Positions 26,930 through 37,400 of a stretch of 64,000 nucleotides of DNA are shown piece by piece. Under the pieces are notes generated by a model. It worked only from the letters and a program-made list of their open reading frames with translations. It made no database searches and was not told the origin of the DNA. Each line of letters begins with the position of its first letter. Positions within the stretch are counted from its first letter, which is position 1. This DNA comes from Octopus bimaculoides (Eukaryota), in contig NC_068988.1 in assembly GCF_001194135.2 (NCBI RefSeq), positions 93,121,306-93,185,305 on the forward strand, in the 5' to 3' direction. A program made the translations under genes and the position numbers.

Positions 26930-28320
26930 CTATTACTCTGTCACTCTCTCTCTCTCCCTTACTCCTCCTCTCTTGCTCACGTGGAAACTGATATGCGATA
27001 CACTTTGAACAGTTGAGCAATGTGCCACTGAAAAGCTGCAAATGTCTACTTCGAAACGAGTAATATGCGTCTGTCTCGGTCCAGCAAAATCATATTGTCG
27101 CTTTGTTCCCACGTTGTACCTTTGACATCCAGGTCTATTGAATGGTTTTCGATACTTCACGACTTAGATCATGCGCTCTAGCTTTGACAATGCCTTGTGG
27201 AAGGATTTCCGACCACTCACCAAGTGACTAAATGTGGACTGAGTCATTGATATAAAACAAAGAACTGTGAGCGACTGGGGTTCGTGTTGGTAAGCAGTTC
27301 ACTGTGAGCCGTTGATACAGAGCATTGAGTCACGTGTCATAGTAATAGTAGTGCATCGTATAGATACTTCCCCACCCTGCTTCGTTAAATTATATATCCA
27401 ACTACAAAGATATAAAAGTGGCGACAGGTTATTCTGAGTAGGTTTGCGAGGCTTTTGCACCCACGATAGCATTCCAGTCACCCGTTCGCACTAAAGGTCG
27501 AGACGTTCTTAATAAAACCTTCAGACCACTGTTGGAACATAAAACAGCTACCAGACTGAAGACACTTTCCGTCATCGTTCACATCAAGGACCACAGCTTA
27601 CATTCTGGGTCCAAAAAGATAGCCTTTATCTTGAAATCCAGATCTCTCCAGAACAACACTGCAGTTCCACCATCCATTCCCATTTGATATGGAGATAAGC
27701 AAATCCACCGAAAATAGGCATGAAAGCTCGTCGATCGGAGAGTCTAGTTTCACTGATAATTACAACATCTACACTTAGTAACCTGAGGTCATTGAGTAGG
27801 TGGCCGTTTCCAAGGCCACCCCGTCCACTCTGAGCAAGGCCATATTTGCCAGAGAGAAGGAGAATGAAGAGAATCACTTAACCTATTTTAGAAGACAGAC
27901 GTTCTGCCCTTCAGGTTACTTTGTTGAGCCCTTTCTCTATTTGTCTCCCCACAAATGTGGAACCTCAGCTTTCCGCCCTCGACTGCTACAAATAGTTGTG
28001 CTGTTAGGAAGATTGATCAGATCAGGGATGACTTCGATTCTGGCCTAATCGCGTCTATTCATAATTCCATGCTCGTACCTGACCAATTCTCCTTTCCCAT
28101 CTTGTAGACTTGGAGAATTCTTGTTTTGTTCTCTATGCCGTATAATACGGCTGCCACCAGCACAAAGATGTCCACTTTTGGTGGCACCTCCGAGCGAGGT
28201 GTCGAAATTAACCAGAATTCCTCACTTTTGAGAGTTGTCGCCACGCTTTCTTTTGTTAATTCTTCAATTGGGAAACTTAACTCAAATGTGCCAAAGCGTC
28301 TCCGACGGTTAACATAAGTT
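26930..28320 (-). mobile_element. Decayed L1/Tx1-type LINE 5' part (ORF1 remnant and APE endonuclease)
   Basis: HLLNDLRLLSVDVVIISETRL is the APE N-terminal motif. It is followed by a frameshifted SLVAVYVP and an upstream ORF1-like frame, with many stops. Confidence 0.6.
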
Positions 28321-29003
28321 TTTCACCCCCAGATTGGTCTTAGGCACTTTTTGATCTGAGCTCACTCCAATCTCATGGTCTTTAACAAAATACATTTGTA
28401 TACAATGATTTTTTTTATTAGTGTCTTCCTGTATTTCCCCTGGCGTGTTCAGGAAGACTGTTCTGCCATTCTTTGTTAAATACGTTTTGGCGTCATGACA
28501 TTTTTTCTGTCAACTTTTTCCATTTCACAAACTTACGTGAAATGCTCTCATTTTGCTTAGAAATAAGAACGGTCGCTGTTTATATAGTATTAATGTGTGT
28601 TGGTGGTGGTGGTCATGTTGGGGATTGGTGGTGGAATCCGTGCTTCTGCTACTGTTGTTGTTGCTACTCTTCTTGTTTTTGTTGCTGCTGTTATCAGTGT
28701 TTCGTCTCTCGACCACATCAACTAGTGGTAGGAAAACAATGTCGTAACGGCTGTTCCAACAGCCATCACTCGATTTAAGAAACCATACTGATATTTCATT
28801 TTGGTTTTGTAATATTAAATCTTCAATTTTAAAACTTAAAATTCGCTCTTAAAGGGAGAATCCCCACCAAATCGGGCTCACTTTGCTTGTAGCGAGCTGG
28901 GTAATTTAGTTAGCAGTTCAACAAAATTTGGAATACTAATAAAACAACAAATGCTAAAGAAAACTCACAAGCCACAAACAAGTGTCCACTCCTTCAAAAC
29001 ACA

Positions 29004-29034
<31 letters not shown>

Positions 29035-30620
29035 TTTTAATTATTCATTTATGGAGTTCCATACACAATGCCTAAGTTTTAAAACTTTAACATAAAATAT
29101 AATATATTCTGTTTTACCTTCTCATTACACTTAAAACTGATTAGAGATTTTTTGTTGATCAGTTTTTTCTTCACTTTTTTTCTTTTTTCTTTTTTTTTTT
29201 ACAATTACAAACATTTATTAATACAACTGGGTATTAAACGAGACACTAGAGAGAGAAGATGAAATAATATACTCAGCTTCAGCTAATATTTCCCTCTGAT
29301 CAGCTGTTTCGTTTTTGGTAAAGTTTCTTTTTTTTTTTTTTGAGGNNNNNNNNNNNNNNNNNNNNNNNNNNNNNNNNNNNNNNNNNNNNNNNNNNNNNNN
29401 NNNNNNNNNNNNNNNNNNNNNNNNNNNNNNNNNNNNNNNNNNNNNNNNNNNNNNNNNNNNNNNNNNNNNNNNNNNNNNNNNNNNNNNNNNNNTTTTTTTT
29501 TTTTTTTTGAGGATTTGTATTGTTTTTCTTTTTATTTCAGTTTAATTTAGTTCAGTTCTTTTTTTTTTTTGGTGGGAAGGGTTGATTTAAAAAAAGGTTT
29601 TTTCAAATTGAGATGACACAAAACAGCTTAAACTATTTCACTGCCTAGTTTTAAATTTAGCCTTTAAGAAGTGATAGACATGTTCTGACTCATAAAACAC
29701 ATCATAAAACATACAAATTTTAAAAAAACAGGCAAAATATATGTATATTTTTTTTGCTTTTCAACTCTATGATAGTTCCCCACAATAATTATCATTATCA
29801 CTTGTATTAATTAGTCAGGTGATAATAATCCAAAATATTTTATGAATAGCAAATTTTGCAATTTTTTTTAACATTTTTTTTTTCGTCTATTTTTGGAATG
29901 GGAGAAGAGGTGTTTATTCAAAACAACCATTTTTGGCAGCAAGAATTAGTCCAAGACACAAACAAGATCAACAAAACTATATTCTCATTCACTAAACTCA
30001 AATAATAAAAGATAACAAAATAATAAATAAACATATTAAGAAAATAGAAAGTTAATTCTTCAGATTTTTTTTTTTGTATTTTGTTTTACTATACACAGGC
30101 TTTTGGTAAACAAACATTTAAGTAGACATTCTGGTTGTTGGTACCANNNNNNNNNNNNNNNNNNNNNNNNNNNNNNNNNNNNNNNNNNNNNNNNNNNNNN
30201 NNNNNNNNNNNNNNNNNNNNNNNNNNNNNNNNNNNNNNNNNNNNNNNNNNNNNNNNNNNNNNNNNNNNNNNNNNNNNNNNNNNNNNNNNNNNNNNNNNNN
30301 NNNNNNNNNNNNNNNNNNNNNNNNNNNNNNNNNNNNNNNNNNNNNNNNNNNNNNNNNNNNNNNNNNNNNNNNNNNNNNNNNNNNNNNNNNNNNNNNNNNN
30401 NNNNNNNNNNNNNNNNNNNNNNNNNNNNNNNNNNNNNNNNNNNNNNNNNNNNNNNNNNNNNNNNNNNNNNNNNNNNNNNNNNNNNNNNNNNNNNNNNNNN
30501 NNNNNNNNNNNNNNNNNNNNNNNNNNNNNNNNNNNNNNNNNNNNNNNNNNNNNNNNNNNNNNNNNNNNNNNNNNNNNNNNNNNNNNNNNNNNNNNNNNNN
30601 NNNNNNNNNNNNNNNNNNNN

Positions 30621-30660
<40 letters not shown>

Positions 30661-30732
30661 GAGAAAAAAAAAATTAACCTCTGACTATCAGTGACAATTC
30701 TTTAAAAACTCCCAATCCATTCCTGCAAGAAT

Positions 30733-31131
30733 TCAGTCAGGATCATCATCAATCACTGTATCACTCTCAGAAGTCAGGAGTGTGGTAGGAAGGATTTGGT
30801 GATTTTCGGATGCAGCTGGGACAACATCACCATTATCATCATCATCGTTGTTGTTGTTGTTGTTGCTAGAGGTGACATATTCAAGTGGCAGGTCGACAAC
30901 AGTGGAATCGCTTGTAGGCACTTCAGCAATAACAGTGGCATCGTCTGGAGAGATTTCAAGAACAGGACGACAACGATGGGCAGATATGATGACTTCTTCG
31001 AATAAATCTAAAGTAATTACTCCTTCTGAGTCCAACTGCTCAAGAGCCTGGTTACAGAACTTATGTACAGAACACATCAGATCACCAACAGTCCAGCACT
31101 TTGCTTGGACAATGCTGACCACATCGGGAAA
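30733..31131 (-). CDS. PARG-like exon 10 (FPDVV...WTVGDLMCSVHKF...LFEEVI, acidic tail, stop)
   Basis: GTTTCAG| acceptor and TGA at 30735-30733. TVG.L is the terminal PARG motif. Confidence 0.88.
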   Translation of the reverse strand, partial: FPDVVSIVQAKCWTVGDLMCSVHKFCNQALEQLDSEGVITLDLFEEVIISAHRCRPVLEISPDDATVIAEVPTSDSTVVDLPLEYVTSSNNNNNNDDDDNGDVVPAASENHQILPTTLLTSESDTVIDDDPD

Positions 31132-31381
31132 CTGAAACATGAAAGAGAAACAACATTGAGACAGGAAATATCGTTTTCTTACAAAAATTGGGAAATTATA
31201 AATAATATGCAAACATAGGCACATGAGTGGCTGTGTGGTAAGTAGCTTACTTACCAGCCACATGGTTCCGGGTTCAGTCCCACTGCATGGCACCTTGGGC
31301 AAGTGTCTTCTACTATAGCCTCAGGCCGACCAAAGCCTTGTGAGTGGATTTGGTATAAGGAAACTGAAAGAAGCTTGTCGT

Positions 31382-31417
<36 letters not shown>

Positions 31418-34400
31418 GTTTGTGTGTCTGTGTCTGTTCCCGCCCCATCGCCACCACAACAGATGTTGGTGTGTTTATATCTCTGTAACTTAGCAGTTCA
31501 GCAAAAGATACCGATAGAATAAATGCTAGGCTTACAAAGAATAAGTCCGATGGGGGGGGGCGGGGGGATCTATCTGTTCGACTAAAGGCGGTGCTCCGGC
31601 ATGGCCGCAGACAAATGACTAAAACAAATATAAGAATAAAAGAATAGGAGCCAGTCAGGCGGGCCAGGCATTGATCACGGTCAGACAGTGCTTTTTACGT
31701 GCCAGTGGCGCGGGAAACAGTCAGTGGGTACTGGCATAGGCCACGTTCGGATGGTACTTTTTACACGCCGGGTTCGATTCCTGGACTGGGCAATGTGTTG
31801 TGTTCTTGAGCGAAACGCTTCATTTAGCATTACTCCAGTCCACTCAGCCGTAAATGGGTCACACCGGCAATGGACTAGCCTCCTGATCAGGGGAGATGTT
31901 GGCCTGCCCACCTAGCCAGCATGGTAGGAATCATTCAAAAGCTAAAACAATGCAAAGTGCACAGTGATCAGCGATGTATAACAACATCCAATAGCTTGCT
32001 CATGATCATGTGACGTAAAAGATTATAAAAAAAAACAAAAACATTACAGAATAAACGAGTGTTCTTTACTCACCCTGACAAGTTTTTCACTTTGCTTTGT
32101 GTAACATATAAAAACTGGAGTTTGGATGTATGAAGCAACAATCCACTGGAGCAAAACTTCAAGCTGGGGATTTGATCCAGGGATTCCACACGAACTGACT
32201 AACGCTCGACAATTACTCTGTAAATGAAGAAGGAAGACGGGTTGACCCTTTCAGTGTTTAAACCGACCATGTCTGGCCCAAATATTCATGTTTTTTGTTC
32301 AAACTGATCAGATCCTGCCTCTCACACCTACCCTACAATGTCATTCTAAAGATAAACATACAGATCATCAAAATCTTGAAGCTAGGAGATACTGCAGGAT
32401 TACATTATTCACATTTGATGGATATTTGTCCTCATCTTGTTTGTTGTTAACACAATGTTTCAGCTGATATACCCTCCAGCCTTCATCAGGTGTCTTGGGG
32501 AAATTTCAAACCTGGATTCTCATTCCTAAGATATTTTTCCATGTTATTATTATTATTATTATTATTCATACCCAGTTGAAGGTTAGCATGCCTGCCGAAA
32601 TGCTTAGCGGTAATTCATCTGTCTCTACGTTCTGAGTTCAAATTCCACCAAGGTCAACTTTGCCTTTCATCCTTTCGGAGTCAATAAATTAAGTACCAGT
32701 TGCGTACTGGGAGTCAGCCTAATCAACTGGCCAACTCCCCCAAATTTAATATTTATTTCCAAGCTTGATCTCATTGTAGGGCACCTTGAGCAAGTCTCTC
32801 TTACCATAGCCTCAAATTGCCCTTCATTTTTTATGAGAGTAATAAATAATAACTAAAGCTGAAAGCAATAGTTATCTACACAGTCAACTAAAATACTTGA
32901 CGGCAGTGCCCCAGTATGGCCACAGACCAATGATTTACAGCAATAAGAGATAGAAGTAGGCAGACGTTAAGATTTTGGCAAAAAAACATACAAAGGCAGC
33001 AAACTGACAGAATCGGTAGCATCTGTTTTCATGTTCTGAGTTCCAATTCCACCAAAGTTGACTCTGCCTTTCACCCTTCTCGGAGGTCAATAAAATAAGT
33101 ACCAGTCATACAATAGGGTTGGTGTGATCCACTTTCCTACTCCCTTAAAATTGCTGGCCTTGAGACAAATTCTGAAACCAATATTTGCTACAACTAACAA
33201 AGAAAACACCACTTTGACAGAATTCACCCAATTATTCCTTCTTCGGTTTATTGCTGATGTTATTGCTTGTTTTCTCCAGCAAAACTAAAAACTAAATTCA
33301 TCAGAGTAGACCTTGCGGAGAGAGGAAGTCAGTGAGAAGGTCACATATGGCAACAAAAGGACTGTCACTAACAAACACCCGATCACCTGTTTAACCAGCA
33401 CATTAAACAAATGATCGATTACTTAGTTGGGTAAATATTTAACCAATCGACAAACAAAAAAGAAGTGATATCGCACCAGTGCATATACTGTTGTTATTGG
33501 TGTGATGACCCTCCCAAGACACAAGATTTGTTTCAACTCATGAATTCACATCAAGAACCTTGCAGAACAAATACAGAAGTGAAGTTAATTCATTTCACTC
33601 GTAGTGAAATGAGAAGTTTATGTTTTCGCTTCACCAGTGGAAAAAGAAAGGATTAAAGAATAAAGAGAAAAATATTTCAAAAGAAAAATATTTCAACTTA
33701 CTTTGTAAATGTCTCTGCATGAAGAAACGGTTAAAATAGCAGATCCTATGATTTCTTTGGAAGTATTTTCATAAAAGTCATTTAGAGTTTGAGGTGGTGG
33801 AATGTTTTGTGGTTCGGAATCGATGACAGACATTACAGGAAATTTTCTGTGCAAGCATGGATGAGCAAGTTGTGAAAGGTTCAGAGTTAAATCTTCGCTA
33901 TAGTCGCAAGAAGGGTTTTGCAATGTCAGTATGGCAACATGGATCACATTTTTGGCAATTTCATCAGCAATCATTTCAAGGCATTGCAAACATATATTAG
34001 ATTTAAACTGAACATTACATGGAATGACTCCAAAAATATCTACAAAAGACTCGTACATTATTTCCTCTGACACCTGATCAGCAAATGTTGATAGATTATC
34101 ATCACTGTCCAAAGACATAGAATGAATTTCACTGAAATCTTTAGATGTTGGGTCATCAGAAATATCAGTTCGAGAGATCACAGATTCTTGATGTTGAAAA
34201 TTGTCCCTAATATCAAAATATAATAAGGAATCTGGAGAATCAACACAACTCCTAAGTAACTCGTCCTCAAAACTTGCCAAAGTGTTGTCTTTAAATCCAC
34301 TTAAACTACCGCTATGGAAACTTTCCTGGTGCCAATTATTGCGCAAGCTCAACAAAGACTGGCTCGTTGCATCAGTGCGCATCAGTTCCTCAGCAAACTG

Positions 34401-37400
34401 TGAAAGTGTAATATCGCGGAATCCACTCATGCTTGGTTCAATTGTTTTGTTCTGTTCACTCAAAGAACTTTGCCTCTCAAGTTCCATATAGAAATTGGCA
34501 AGATCTTCCTGAGGAACAAGTTTGTGGTCGAAACCAACTCCACAACAGTCCATGTCTTCAACACTAGTCATATTTGGCAAGCTGGGTCCATACTGGTACC
34601 GTAGCAGCTGTCGGTAATAGGGGTTAATAAGGTAGTTCTCATGCAGTTCTAACAAAGCATTTGTAAATAGTTCCTTCGTAATAGTCAAGGCATATTTATC
34701 ATAATCAGGGAGATAAACTCCTTGGCAACTACTTGAGGTATAAGCAGCTTTTACACCATGGCATTCAATACTGTCAATGAACATACTAATTTTGTGAGCT
34801 GTTTTCAGGCTGCTGTCAAGAATATTTGAACTTAAATCATTAATCCAACACCCAAATGATAAGCTATTATTCATCCAACCAGACAATGAAGAAGAGTTGC
34901 TCCAAAGTGATTGTCGTCGACTGGAAGAAGCTGAAGAAGGGTTAGTGCAATTAACTATAGCTTTGGCTTCCCGAAATATTTGGTTAACTAATTTATCTGC
35001 AACAGCAGTTAAGTCTAGCTCTGTAGACGATGGAGAGTCTTTGTATTCTCTGTTGGATGATAAAATAGAACCAACAAGAGAGGAAATATTTAGACTACTT
35101 ATTTCGTTTAGAGAATCGCATAAAATTTCGTTTGAGAGGTAATCTGAATAACTGTAGATGGCCTCTGGTATGGCTGGCCGGAAAATATTGCAAGCTGGGT
35201 CAACAGACATGATGCTAGCATCAGAAAGATCTTTTAGAGTGCTTAAATTGCTGAAAAATGAACACTGTCTTTGTTGTTCTTTGTTTTCACACTGTAAACA
35301 AATTTCTTCTGAATCAACAATAGTCACCTTGATGTCTTCAAATAAATGATCTACATAACCTTGGACAGTGTCCTCTGATATAAAAGAGACATTGGCATTA
35401 CGATCGATGTTTGGTTCAGGGCCAAATTTAATTGGCACAGGTTTGTGCAAATTAGATGGAAGGTGAATATTTTGAAAGTTCTGCATACCGGTTGTATTAT
35501 AAACAATAGCAGCACTCTCTTGGAGTAGGTTTTCTATAAAGTTGGCAGCAAAATCTTGAACATTGTATGTGCCGATTTCTTCATGAATCGTGCCAGGACG
35601 AGTCGTAAGTTCTCGTTTCATGAAAGATTCATACAATTCTTCAAAGTCTGAACTGATGTCAGAGCTGTAACGTGTACTGCAGCTACTTCGACGGGATGTC
35701 AAATCGCTCAAGTTTGAACTTCGACGTCGAAAGTTTGAGATCCAGTCATGATAATCAACATCCAAGTAATCCATCGACGCTGTATGACCAAAGGTGGACG
35801 CCAACAGCCCACTGCCATACAGAGAACAATGTTCTGGTATAAACTTTGCTATAGACTTGAATTCTTTATCAAAACGAGGAGCCACATCATCAGAGTTATT
35901 ACAAGTACATTGAGGGTTCAATTCACATAGAGATTCAGTGAGAATTTCTTTCGTTAAACGCTTGGCAAAACTATCAATATCTTCGACAAATTTCACTTCT
36001 TTTCTTTCCCCTACAAATATAAACATTTTAAAGATTAACAGAAATCAATATGAATGGAAAACAATTCGAAATAAGGAACAAATTTGCATACCGTAAAGTA
36101 TTAGCATTTTATTTTTAAATATTGGGATTCTGTCAATGGGAATCTCAGTCCGTGCAGTCTCAAGATATGATACGTATATCACAAGACATACAAAATGACA
36201 TACAAATGACATATCAAAAACATGTTGAATATAATGTTCCCATACAGGTATTTAGTGGAGGCACATGGCCTAGTGGTTAGAGCAGTGGACTAGTGGTCGA
36301 AGGACAGCGAGTTCGAATCTCAGGCTGGGTGATGTGTGTGTTTTTATGAGCAAAACACCTAAGATCCACGTGGCTCCAGCAGAAGGTAATAGTGATCTTC
36401 TGCTGACTGTTTTGCCACAACTTTCTCTCACTCTTTCCTCCCGCATCTAGCAGCTCACCTGCGACAGACCAGCACCCTGCCTAGGTGGGGAACCTATACG
36501 CCAATGAAACTGGGAAACCGGCCCCTTATAAACCAGGCATGGCTTAAGAAGGAACAAATAACAACATACAGGTATTTGACAATAATTACTCGTCCAGATT
36601 AATTACTAAGTAAACTATATTTTAACGAATAAACACAAAAAAAAACCAAAACCAACCTTCAACATCTGTTGCTTCATTGGCAATGAGAATTTCGTCCGTG
36701 TTAGATGCCACATTGCTTTTATGGGGTGGCGTCAGATTGCTGGATTCAACATTAGTTACAAGAATGGTGTCTTCTACAATTTCAGTAGTAACAGTTTGTG
36801 TCTCGGAGTTGACACAAACCTGATTGAGAAGAGAATCCTCATCTGCAGATGTGTGATTTAGTGAGCTTATTGCTGGCTGAAAGCCAACCAGACATTTATT
36901 GAGATCTCGCAACAGGTATCGGTCCATGTATTGCCTTTGTTGATTGTTAAACTTGTACGGAAGTGTATTGATGGCGCTAAGCATCGTTTCTAGGTTGCCA
37001 CCAGATTTCCGCTGGAGGAAAAGAAAAGAAAAATGGAAACATTTAAATGCAAAGCAAATAAAGAACAGTTCACTTCTGAGAGAAAATGAATGTATCTACT
37101 CCCGCTTCATGTAAAAAGCAGAAAAAAAATAGTATAGTTAACTATTTTTTCAAAGAGATGAGACAAGATTCCAGCCAGGAAAAAGATGACATGGTGATGG
37201 AATAAAATGGGAAAGAGAGCCATGGAAGCAGTACTGGTGGCACACAAAAAAAGCACACAGCACATGCTGTAAAATGGCTGGTGTTAGGATGGGCATCCTG
37301 CAATAGAAACCATGCCAAAGTAGACAGTGGAGCACAGTGCAGTCCTTGGGCCCATCAAATACTGTCAAACCATCCAAGAGGACAGAGGACCGAAATATGT

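Noticed and set aside
29315-30684. Long ORFs spanning N runs (also 46627-47197, 52621-53595, 58073-58484, 61077-61530)
   Set aside because: They are artefacts of assembly gaps and flanking microsatellites.
33465-33656. Possible extra PARG-like exon between exons 8 and 9
   Set aside because: The only acceptor-like site I found is weak (AAG) and hits a stop within 7 codons. Exons 8 and 9 already join in phase 0.
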